DNA from: Octopus vulgaris
Lineage: Eukaryota
NCBI GenBank assembly: GCA_951406725.2
Contig: OX597814.1
Coordinates: forward strand, 87,172,001 to 87,236,000
Direction: 5' to 3'
DNA length: 64,000 bases
Positions 27,601-41,225 of this stretch are shown here, one piece after another. A program made the position numbers and the translations under genes. Below the pieces are notes generated by a model, which saw only the letters and a program-made list of their open reading frames with translations, searched no databases and was not told where the DNA came from. Every line of letters starts with the position of its first letter. The stretch's first letter is position 1.

Positions 27601-29902
27601 TTGAAAAATAAAAAAATTATTTTGTGGTTTATTATTTGTTTATATGGGAGTACAACTATATCCACTCAAAAGTTATTATTTTGGCACAATTTCTTATATA
27701 TTAAGTTAACTTTGCTGTCATACTACAGATCATTTGCAAAACCACCCAAAGCAGTCCAAGATGTATGCGAATGCATTGTAATTATTAAGGGCATTCGTGA
27801 AGTGAGCTGGAAATCAGCAAGGGGTATGATGGCAGAAGCGAATTTCCTACGTCAGCTGACTGAAATGGATGTAAATTCCATCTCTTCAGCAGCTCAAAAA
27901 CAAGTAAAAGGTAAGACCCTATTCAAATCCAATCTGTGAACAAATACTAAGAATTGTTGTCCACATTTTATTTTCTATGTTTTCCTTCTTAATTTGTTCA
28001 AAGTTACCTTTTACGACATTTTTATCTTTTATTTTTTACTTGTTTCAGTCATTGGATTTTGGCCATATACATAGACACTGACTTGAAAGGTTTTGGTCAG
28101 ATAAATTAACCTTACTACTTATTTTTAATACTGGTACTCATTCTATCAGTCTCTTTTGCAAGTCTGCTAAATTACGGGGGCGTAAACAAACCAGCACCAG
28201 TTGTCAAGTGGTGATAGGGGACAAGCAAACACACACATTTAGAAATGCAAACACACACATTTAGATACATAAATAAAATGACTCTGTTAGTATTTGAAGT
28301 AAATGAATCGAAACGTCTCCCATTTATATGAGCTGTTAAAGAATTATAATAAAACAATAAATGTGCCCTTTTAAAACCTAGCCAGGCTCATGGGCCTGGT
28401 TTCCTGGTTTCCATGGCATATGTGTTCCCCAGCTGGATGGGACGCCAGTCCATCACAGCGTTACTCATTTTTGCCAGCAACGTGAAATGAAGTGTTTTGC
28501 TCAAGAACACAATGCGTCGCCTGGTCCAGGAATTGAAACCACAATCTTATGATCATGATGCTGATACCCTAACCACTAAGCCACACACCTCCACTAAAGA
28601 ATTATAGAGATAGAAATTAATTTAGAAATATGTTGTTTAAGAATTGGAACCAATTTTACAAAAGGCTAAATGATTCTTAATTCATTGTATTTTGCAGCCA
28701 GATTAAAAGTGTTAGACATATCCCTCGATGATATGAAGCAAGTTAGCAAAGCTGGTGCTGGACTGTTGAAGTTTGTAGAAGCTGTAATGGGTTATTGTGA
28801 AGTAGCAAAAGAAATTAAACCCAAACGAGAAAAGGTCAGTTTAAAATTCTTAATAATGTACTTCTTAGAAATATCTGGAACAGATATTAATAAGATGATG
28901 TCATATTTGAGTTATCTCTGTGAAAAATTTTGTGGAACTCATATATGGGAAGATAAATATGTTGATTATTTTCATGGGTTCATAGGGCCAGTACTTAATT
29001 GTTTTTTTTTTGAGTTTTTTTTTTTGTAGTATTTAACAAATGTGAGATAAACTATCTCATAGAATGTGTATCACAAGTAACTTTTTAAGATAACCAAGAA
29101 ATCAAGCACATAGAATAAAGGACCTACACTAAATGATATGCTACAGAATCCAGAAAACCAGTCTAATGAGCCTATGGTTTTGGAAGAACCTTTGATCCTT
29201 TTAGAATGATATGGTGTTGGTGCCATGTAAAAAGCATTTAGTACCATATCATTCAACAGTTTTTTGGCTTACCATCTCCGGTCAAACTGTCCAACCCATG
29301 CTGTGGTTAGTGGACATTAAATGGTGATGATGGCAAATAGGACTATGATAATCATGATAATGCTGAGTAATTCTGGCGAATAGTGCTTGAATGAATTTTC
29401 CAGTAGGAAAATAAATGGCCAAATAATTCATTCAGTTGACATCTCTTGGTGTATGGAGTCAATGTTTATATTGAAACATATTTGTTCTAAAATTCTGGAT
29501 CATCATTTTCAAGCAGGCAGAGAATTCAATAGGAGAGATTCAGCTGTTTTTGTGAGCCAGTATGGCCAATAAATAACTGCTAACTCATTAGTTTCTGATG
29601 TTGATCCTGTTGTTTAAACTCGGGTCTGCTCTTATGTAAAAAAAAGATCTATGTAATGATGTATTTCAAGTAACAAATTATTATCATTCTTGGTTTAAGA
29701 TTTAATTTTCTATGTTGGCCTGGGTTAGATGGATGGTGTTTTTCTCCTTCTTTGGACTTTTCCATTTTCCTTTCCAATGAAGAACTATGCTCAAAGCATA
29801 AAAAAAAACTCTCCTTCTTACCAAGCGTCAAACTAATATGCTTAATGTGCATGTCTTTTTGTTGTTTGTTATTGTTATTTTTAATGCTTATTTATTTGAT
29901 TT

Positions 29903-29942
<40 letters not shown>

Positions 29943-30300
29943 TGTTAGGAAGGGCATCTGGCGTTAGGAAGGGCACCCAGCCGTAGAAACACTGCCAGAT
30001 CTGACTGGGCCTGACGAAGCCTTCCAGCTTCACAGACCCCAGTTGATCCGTCCAACCCATGCTAGCATGGAAAGCGGACGCTAAACGATGATGATGATGA
30101 TGATGATATGTAGTCAAATCAAATAAATGAGCATTATATAGATATATGTATATATGTGTATATGTATATATGTATATATATGTGTGTATATATATATATA
30201 TATCTATATAATGCTCATTTATTTGATTTGACTACATATATATATATATATATAGTCAAATCAAATAAATAAGCATTATATAGATATATGTATATATATG

Positions 30301-30351
<51 letters not shown>

Positions 30352-31766
30352 GATGTTTATGATTTAAGTATATATATTAATTTATAATATTATTACTATA
30401 ATAAATATGAACATTTAATTTTTAAATTATGTATTAATTTTGTTGTATATTAGATATATTGATATATATATGTGTTGAATTTATATATATATATATATAT
30501 ATACATACATACATACATATATATAAACCCTTTTTCAAGATACCATAAAATCTTTTAGTTTAATATCTGTATGACTGTCCTAATTAGATCACTTCAAATC
30601 AATCCTGTTTTTATATTTTTCAAAGTTGTTTTAGATTTGAATAGTGATAATTTCATAAATTCTACATAGTTTAAAATGTTAGAAAAAAGTAAACCATATG
30701 AAGATTTCTTTTCCGTGAAACATTCTTTTCTTGTCTTTAAAGATAGTAATATAACTTAGTTTTAATTTAATAAACTAATTGTGAACTCATGTTCTTATTT
30801 ACAGTTGGCTCGGCTTGAAAAAACTTTCCATCAAGCTGAGAAAGATTTAGAAAAGATCAATCGAGAAGTAGCAGCGCTTGAAGAAAAATTGAATGAGTTA
30901 GCCAAAAATTATGAACATGCTATATATGAGCGACAAAAATTGCAGGAAGAGGCTGATTTGATGGAAAGGCGTCTTATTGCTGCGGACAAACTGATATCAG
31001 GTCTTAGTTCTGAAAATGAAAGGTAAAGTCTATGTTACTATACAAAAAAATCTGTTTCTTTGTCACTAAGTAAAGTCTGCTTAGCATGGTATTTGTTTCT
31101 TAGTTCTGGAGAAAGTCTATTACAGTAGTAGTCATAGTATCCATATTTTAAATAGCTGGTAAAGTACATGTTACAGTCACATTTATTTTCTTAAATGATA
31201 CAAAATGACTGAAATTATAGGAGTGCTACTTTCTGTGATGGTGAATACAGGTTCTAATATAGTGGTACTTTCCTTTTAGATGATAGTTGAAGACTTTTGC
31301 CACTCTGCAATGGTATCTGTTTCTTGCATGCTGATAAAAGATTGCATTGGTGTCTGAAATGTGAATATATATAAACAGGGCTCTACATAGTGTAAAAGAT
31401 ATTTTTCTCCAAGCATACACTTCTACTGACTGGTTCATTTGATGATGAAGGTGATGTTGTTGTCTTTGTCATTTCTGCTGCCACTGCTGTCATCATAGTC
31501 ATTTTATGTTCAGTGTTCCATGTCTGCATGGTTCAGACAGAATTTGTTGAGGCAGATTTTCTATGGTCAGATGTCCTTCCTGTCACCAACTCTCACCTTT
31601 TTTCAAGCAAGGTAACATTTTTCCAATAGCTAGACATGTATTTTATGGAAGATTGGAAATGGACAGCCTTGCTTGCATGATGATTGCTCACTTACGACAA
31701 TTATGTGATGAGAAGACACGTACACACACAATGATAATAATGATAGTAGTTGTAATAATGATGATG

Positions 31767-31815
<49 letters not shown>

Positions 31816-32586
31816 TAACAAGAGCATTCAGAGAGTGCAAACCTCCACCAAGTCAACACTAACATCTTCTCAACGATTAGCCAGAGGTGATTTTTAAAAT
31901 GAGAATATCTGAAATAAACTCGACTGCTCTCACAAACAAGAATAGTAAAAATGAACCCGACCAAGGCTTTGGTTGGCCTGGGGCTATAGTAGAAGACACT
32001 TGCCAAGGTGTCACACAGTGGGGCTGAACCTGGAACCATGTGGTTGGGAAGCAAGCTTCTTACCACACAGCTGTGCCTATACATATATATTCTTTTATTC
32101 TTTTACTTGTTTCAGTCATTTGAATGTAGCCATGCTGGAGCACCATCTTAAACGGTGTTAGTCGAAGAAATTGACTCCAGAACTTATTCTATTGGTCTCT
32201 TATGCTGAGCCGCTAAATTATGGGGACATAAACACACCACCATTAGTTGTCAAGCGATGGCAGGGGACAAACACAGACACATACACACATGAATATATAT
32301 ATGCATATATATATACATATACATACATATCTATCTATCTATCTATCTATCTATATATATATATATAGGGAGAATTCACGAAAAAAAACAAAAGACAAAG
32401 ACAGGTAGTGTAGAAAACAAACAGATGTATTAGCATAATGCTTGGGAATTGAAAAAGTCTTTAACATTTCGAGCCTGTCCACCAAATCCACTCAAAGTGA
32501 TCATTCATGACCAAAAGAAGTGTTTACCTTTATATATATATATATATAGTATTCAATATGCAAATAAGGGTGGAATATAATTAATT

Positions 32587-32633
<47 letters not shown>

Positions 32634-35600
32634 TACATGACAGGATTCTTTTAGTTTCTTTCTACTAAATATACTCACAAAGCTTTGGTTAACCTAGGAC
32701 TGTAATAGGAGGTGCCACACACTGAGATTTAAGCTCAAGACCATATAATTTGGAAGCAAGCTTCTTAATGAAGCAATCAAACCTTTGCCTTTGATGTTTA
32801 TTTTATTTTATTTGTGAATGACTTCTTTATTTTGTATTTGTTAGGTGGGTAAAGGATTTGGAGCTGCTAAAGGAGAAAGGTATTCGTCTTTTGGGAGATT
32901 GCTTGCTGGCAGCTGGATTTCTCAGCTATGTAGGTGCCTTCAGCTGGGAATATCGCAGCGAATTGGTTTATAAGGAGTGGCTGAATGATTTGACCAGAAG
33001 AAATGTTCCACTCAGTACTCCATACAGACTTGAAGATATTCTTACAACTGATGTGGAAATTAGTCGGTAAGTGGTTTTTGCCCAAAGTCTCACTTAACAC
33101 CAAACTGAAATGGCTTCAATACAATGCAGCAAGTGAAAATAATTGGTGCACTAGAAGTGTGATTGGTCTTTGGGAGTCTTGTCTGAAATTAGGACTTACC
33201 GTACCCTGGTGTAGCGAGTACTATAAATAATAATGCTGTAAAATTATACATTTCTCAGATATCTTGCTGGAAACATGATAAAATTTGCTTCCTAAATTGC
33301 AAATATGATGTTGAGGTGAAGTTATTGGTTCCATAGTTGCTAAGATAGATTTAAATGAAAGAAACTCACTGAACTATTACATTCTTTACTAATTATATGC
33401 TTGTTTGTGTATGGAAGATGGGCTGTGAAGTATGTGAAAAAGGTATGATGCTGTATGATGCAGTGAAAGTTCAAGAGTAAATGTTGCTGATGTGAAGTAA
33501 ATATAAAGAAACAAGTTGGGTATGATCCTCTGTTTATGGACTATACAGATTAAGTGACTTGAAAAAGTAACTTTAAAGGTATTAGATGATGTATCTATGT
33601 AAGATTATACTAGCTTGAACATTAAATGCTAATAGAGGATGTTTACTGGGTAAAATGTCTTACAAGTAGATGGCAGAAGATAGCTTTAGAACTTTGAAGA
33701 GTACAGATGAAATAATGTGAAATTGAAGTTGAACTACTCTAATATTGTATTACAGACCTGTCTGACAAACACTAGCATGTAAAATCAGTTCAAGCAGGTA
33801 TATACTCAAAGATCTTCCCCTGTGATCTTCATTTATTGTTTTCTTTTAAAAGCCCATGTAGTGACATAGATGTCACTACATGGGTGTCCTGGCAAGTATC
33901 TGTTTATTGGTCACCTGCTTTTAATGAAGAACTGATCTAGTTGTTACTCTAGACGTTAGAGCCATAAATATGAATGAATATTTTAAATGGATTAGAAGAG
34001 AATACGATCAAATCTAAGAAAGGAATGACCATGTTTGGTGATCACAGTGTTATGTAAATAATTCAATTGTGGATATACCAGAGATATATTGTACTTATAA
34101 TATTCTAGCCATATCAAAGTTTCTGGTGAACTTGTTGATTCATCGTAAGATGCACACACTAAAACTGTAATTCCTGTAGCAGTAAAACATAGGCAGATGA
34201 GTATAACTAGTAAAAAAAAAAAAATCAAATCATCAGCATGCATATAAAGTATACTGAATACAATCTATTAATGTGTAAAGGTTGACACAGATACTGCATG
34301 TTCTTTTTATTTGCATTATATTGTCAGCAAAGACTAATCTTTTGATTTGTTTGGCCATTTTCTTGTCAGCAGCATCAATTAACTTCCTCCTTACTGCAAA
34401 TTAAAAGTATAGTTTTATTTTTAATGTTAGAGTACATAGAAGGTACGATAAGTAAAGAGTATTAACTGTCTTAACTGATCAATTGAGTGTAGTGGACATT
34501 AGTTAATGCTAGAAAGAGAAGTGACTGCAATATGGTGGATATATGATGGGAGAATATATGTAAAAGTTCTACAACCTGTTGGTATTTGTACAGGAAATAG
34601 ACCAGACTGTTAAATGTTAAATAACTCTACACAGTTTTACTTGAGCAGAACAATAGTCAGTGGTAGCCAATCAACCAAAACATTCTCTTAGTATTTCCAA
34701 CTCTGCCCAATCCTCTTATTGCTGGCATTTTAATAGAACTTTTGTTATCCTCCTTACAGAGAGTTTATTGAAAAGGATTAGGTTGGCATTGAGCAGTTTG
34801 ACTGTCTGTTGACTGCATAAAAGATTCCCACTAACTTAGGAACTAGAAATCTTTGGGATATGGTAGTTTGATTAAGTCTTAAAATTGCAGGTCTTAGTTG
34901 TAAATTTAAAAGACAGAGATTGATCAATGTATACTGGTCCTTTTTACAAACACTAGTCACTAAAATAATTGCAATGATGAAGATAGTAAGCAATGGGAAA
35001 GTTTATGAGAAGTGTGTTTACCAGACACGTTTTCTTTTGACCAGTTGGACATCAGAAGGCCTTCCACCAGATGAACTATCCATTCAGAATGGTATATTAA
35101 CAACACGGTCAAGTCGTTTCCCATTATGTATTGACCCACAGCAGCAGGCCCTTAATTGGATCAAGAAAAAGGAAGAAGGGAAAAACCTCAAAGTAAGAGC
35201 TTTCTATTGGACTTATATTTTATGGTTGAGTTTAATGTTATATTTAATAATTAATATAATTTACTCTAACAGAGAAAAAACAAAACAAAACAATGATAAT
35301 TCCATTTCATATATCATAACTTGTTTTATAATAACTTATCTAATTGTTTCATTTCCACCTGTTTTCAAAGTTGTACTCACTGCATTACTATATTATCATC
35401 CATCAGGTGTGCACTTTCAATGATTCAGATTTCCTGAAGCAGTTAGAAATGGCTATCAAATATGGTTTTCCTTTCCTTTTCCAAGACGTTGATGAATATA
35501 TTGACCCTGTCATTAATAATGTGCTTGAGAAAAACATCAAAGGTTTGTTAAATAATTTTAAAACCCTCAATATTATATTACTACTAAGGTGGCAAACTGG

Positions 35601-38600
35601 GAGAATCATTAGCACACCTGGCAAAATGCTTAGCAACATTATGTTCGTCATTATGTTTGAATTCAAATTTTGTCAAGGTTGACTTTGCTTTTTATTCTTT
35701 CAGGGGCAATAAAATAAGTTCCAGTTGAGCATTGGAGTTGATATAATCAACTTATACTCTCCCCTGAAATTGCTGGTCTTGTGCCAAAATTTGAAATATT
35801 ATATTAACACTGTTTTCTTTTGCAATATTGATATTACAGAGAATATCCTATATTCACGTCCTTGTTGATTCACTTGTGTCGAATCAGAAATACTTTTCGT
35901 ATAATTGGGTTTACTCAGAGCTCATAATTATGTCAATAATATTGGCAGAAAATTGAGAGCCTATAGTTCCATGGTTCAATTCATGTTTAAGTCAATTTGG
36001 CCAATCATACCTTTGAGATCCATGGACAATAAGAAAGGGAAGCTATTGTAAGGCAGGATACTTAATTTGACTCTCTTTTAAAGTTAAACTTGTATGCTCC
36101 AAGATGGATTTGAAGATGACTAGAAGAGTGTTCCAGCTAAGGAAAAGGTTTATCTTCATTGTTTGATGTATAAGAAACAGGCATAAACTCCTCCTTTTTA
36201 AGGCTGTCTGTAAAAAAATTTTCACTGCAGAAATATCAAATGAAAGGTTATAGACCATCAGTTTAAATCTTGCAATATACTTTATATTGTACCAATAAGA
36301 CAGACATTTTCATCTATTTATAACAAAAATAAGCATCGTGTCTTATGTTCAGCATTAAAATCTGCAAAAATGACAACTAAACTTTTGTTACATCTGATGC
36401 TAATACAACTTTAATGTAGCTTAGACATTTGATAGGTTATATCTCTTGGGTCTTTAGTAATGGAAGGCAATGTTTACGATACTGGAAGAACATCATCTCC
36501 TTCCATCATTCTTCTTGTTCTTTATGTAGTTCAGGATTTCGGCAGGTGAAGCGAAAAGACATCTGCTATTTACAACTATTTACAACTGGTTTATTTACAG
36601 GAAAGGTGAAGTGTGCTGCTCTCAGCTACCACCGTAAGCTCCAATAGTGTGGGTGCATAGCCACTGGATATAGACTGGCAGAAAGCTCTGCCAGTGTTGA
36701 TGTTCAGCCAATGCTGCTGTGTAATGGCGCTGAAGAAGAAGAGACAGGGCTGAATCAGTTTTTCGTCTACGTTGTTCCTATCGCGAGCCTCGTTGTGATC
36801 TCGCGCATAGCAAATGGATGCAGGTGAGGTCTTGCTCCAGTCTCAGAGATGGCAATGGCTGCCACAAGATCTCATCCAATGTGGCGCTGGCTGTTTGTGC
36901 CACTACAGGTCTTACAAATGATTGATGATAATAATTCTCACAGGTGGTTGCCAGAACAAAGGGTGAAATAAAAATGGAGTGTTTTTTGAAGTTGTTCAAT
37001 TGCATATATCACAAGTTCTAATTCCTTAGGAAACATTAAGATATGTTTATTGTTAGAAACTAAGTTGATTGAATCAAACCTAGTTTTCATATTGGTTTTG
37101 ATTCAATTTATTTCTGTCATAGAAGATCATAGGTGAAATTTGAAAAATCTGCCTCATTGAACTTTATCTTACCTATACAAGCATGAAAAAGTGGACATTA
37201 AAATGATAATGATTTATTTCTAATTTATTTTAATTGCATTTGGTGAACCAAAGCATCATAGGTTCACTTCATTTCTAAAAGTGAGAGTGATAAGGAATTG
37301 CCTGCGCGGGTGGAGCTGATATCAGATAAGGGATTGTCTGCTCAGGTGGAGCAGATATCACACAGGGTTATTTTTAAATGGTTCATTGTTCTCTCTTCTC
37401 ACCAGTAGTTACATATTTTTGTTAAAATATATCAGCAAAAGATGCACACACACATTTATATACATTACACACACTCACACACACACACGCACACACACTC
37501 ATATCTATCTGCGGCTTTATATAGCTATGGTAAGACCTCACCTGGAATTTGCATCACCGATCTGAAACCCCTATCTTGCCCAGGATATTAATCGTCTGGA
37601 AGCCGTTCAGCGACGTGCAACCAAAAAAATACCCTCCATCAGGCATTTGCCATATCCTGAATGCCTTACTTCCCTGGGCATGGACACATTGAAACTCCGA
37701 CGTCTGGCAGCTGACTTGGCAGACACCCATAAAATTATTAACCATCTTACAAACAATAACTCTGAGCACCTTTTCAAACTCCACCCGTCTAACACCCGTG
37801 GACATATTTACAAAGTCAGAAAACAGCACAGTTCCCAAGAGTTGTTGAAGCATGGAACAAACTGCCAGCATCAGTTGTTAGTTGTCGGAGCACTGCATCC
37901 TTCAAAACTTCCATGCTTTCTGAGATTCGCCAACACTACACCTGATTTTCTTTTCCTCCATACACACACAAGCATGTATCTAACTCATACATTGTTCGCT
38001 TTCCAGACATTTGTACATTACTGCATGTACTTTATACGCACTTTCTGACAAGTTGTGGTGCACCTGAGCACTGTATACAATAATTTCATTATATTATATG
38101 TACACACAGACGCAGACAGACACACACACACACACACACACATACACACACATGTACTTTTGCTCATAAACTATTTCCTCATATGCAGCAGCAATATCTT
38201 CTCACTGCACACTTTAGTTTAATGTGTCTGATGATTATTGTTCAAGTGCGACCACCTTCAAAAGACAATGAGGAGGAGGAGGAGGAGGCTAATGAGGTAG
38301 CTGCTGAACCAAAACCAGCTTCCACAATACCCAACAAGAAGTCTGTCCGGAGACTTCTCCCTAAACCAAAAAAGAAAAAAAAAAAGACGGGTAAAACTTT
38401 TAATTTATGTTCAGTGAACTGTGTTGATCAGCCTAGAACATGTGAAATGTCCAAATCATGGATTTTCACATCATCACAATGCACTGCCTCACTGTTTGTG
38501 TCACCAGCTTTTCCCAGGAATGGTATTGCATTATGTTGTCACAGTTTGAAGTTTGGCACCTTGGAATGTTTTTATTTTAGATATACAACACATTACACTA

Positions 38601-39142
38601 TATATTAAAACACTGGGTAAGTATTTATTTCGAATGGTTACATAAATATGTAAATCGTTGTATTGTTCTGTAAATGGTTGTATTTATTGTTCTGTGAATA
38701 GTTGTCTGTTATGCTTTGGTCACCTGGATATATTCACTTCATGTATTCTAACGTACAAAGAAATATAGACTGGTAAGAGAATATTAAATACAACAGTCAG
38801 TCTGGACTCTCCTATGAAGGCATACACAATGTTGTTTCACTTCAGTGCATGTGTTGTATAACTGGAAGGTCTAGGACAACCAGTAATTTTAATACACAGA
38901 CAGAAACACATGCGCACGCGTGCACACACACACACACACGTATATATGTATGGATATGATGAAAGCTACATAGCTGAAACTGAAATAAATGTCAACTTTT
39001 CTTTATACAAAATACAATAAATACATTACTCTACTGGAAGGTATTGAGTAATTTTTCAATTTAATGTTTGACTGATTTTTTTATATAACAATACTTAAAA
39101 TCAAATCTTAACATATGCAAAATTATACATCTTTATACATAC

Positions 39143-39198
<56 letters not shown>

Positions 39199-39462
39199 GT
39201 ATATATATATGTGTATATATATACACACGGCGAGCTGGCAGAATCATTAGCACGACGGGCGAAATGCTTAGCAGTATTTCGTCTGCTGCTACGTTCTGAG
39301 TTCAAATTCTGCTAAGGTCAACTTTGCCTTTCATCCTTTCGGGGTCGATTAAATAAGTACCAGTTACGCACTGGGTTTGATATAATCAACTTAATCCATT
39401 TGTCTGTCCTTGTTTGTCCCTTCTGTGTTTAGCCCCTTGTGGGTAGTAAAGAAATTTATATA

Positions 39463-39514
<52 letters not shown>

Positions 39515-40338
39515 TATGTATATACATGTATATGTGTGTGTGTATATATATATACATACTGGGTGTGGTGAATAAATTATCATCTAAATTATGCAAAAAT
39601 GAAAATAACACTGACATCTCATTTTAACAGATATATTTACCAAAATTACATAAAAATATATAGAAATACTAAAGAGTAAATTGAATCAATAAAATCGCCA
39701 TTGGCTTCAACTACAACCTCAGACAACTTCGGAATCTCCTGCAACTCTTCTGGACAATCTCCTTGTTTAAGATGGTGAATGCTGCCATAATCCTTACCTT
39801 CAGTTCATCTTTGGTGTTACAAGGAATTTTGGTGGTCTCATGCTCAACTGCACCCCACACATAATAATCAAGGGGGTTGCAATCTGGGGAGTTAGGTGGC
39901 CAGATGTTAGAGGGTAATGTGGTTGCAGAAACTGTCTGACAGCCATGACTGTGACTGGGTTCTCCTACTTGTGTGGCATGGTGCAGAATTCTCTTGCCAG
40001 ACATAGGGTCTTCCAGTAGCCACCCTCTTGATCTAGGGCAGCACTACCTCCTCCAGGCACTTGATGTAGGTCTCTGTGTTGAGTCTGAGGTCGTGTGGGA
40101 AGATGAATGGATACATAATGTTGCCATTGCTAGTGATCACTTCAAACACCATGAGGTTGATTTTTATTACTCTCGGCATGATTTTTATCACGTCCAGTGC
40201 AATTTTATCACTTCTGGTACGATCTTTATCACTTCCTGTGTGAATGCCAAGCAGTACAGCATGTCATTCCCAAATTTCTGGCAGAGTGAATTGCATCATG
40301 GTGCTTTTTTTCCACAGATGGTGTATATTTATATTTAT

Positions 40339-40369
<31 letters not shown>

Positions 40370-40461
40370 CACACACACATGCCCACACACTCGTACATAC
40401 ATGCATGCATTTATCCATCCATACATACATGCATTCATACATACATACATACATACATACA

Positions 40462-40495
<34 letters not shown>

Positions 40496-41189
40496 CATAC
40501 ATGCATTCGTATATAGTGAATGCACATGTCCTAGTGGTTAGGGTGTTGCACCCATGAATGTGAGATTATGGGCTCAATTCCTAGACTGAGTAGTCTGTTG
40601 CATTCTTGAGCAAATTACTTCATCTCTTATTACTCTGCAATCATTTCAACATCTGATATGTGATACTCTGTGCACTTGTACATGCAATGTTGATTTGATG
40701 GAGGGAGTGAGCTTATGTGCAGCACAGACATTTGATCTCTATACACAAATCCTCTGTGTTGGTCATTTAACAAGAAATTGCAGGATCATCTTTTTTGGAC
40801 TCAAGAGACTACCATTAACACACACATACATGTACACACACACATACATACATACATACATGCATACATACATACATACATACATACATACATACATACA
40901 TACATACATACATACATACAAAGACAAGTGAAGGAACAACAAGCAGGCTCCTGTGCCGGTGGCACATAAAAAGCACCCATTACACCCTTGGAGTGGTTGG
41001 CATTTGGAAATGCATCCAGCTGTAGAAACTTTGCCAGATCAGATTGGAGCCTGGTGCAGCCGCTGGCTCTCCAAACCTCAATCAAACTGTCCAACCCATA
41101 CCAGCATGGAAAACGGACGTTAATCGATGATGATGATAAATATATGATTATATATATACATATGTATGTATATGATGCTGCTGCTGCTG

Positions 41190-41225
<36 letters not shown>

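Noticed and set aside
28698-28701. Alternative acceptor CAG-CCAG at exon 11
   Set aside because: The second AG is 4 nt downstream and would shift the frame; only the first fits the protein.
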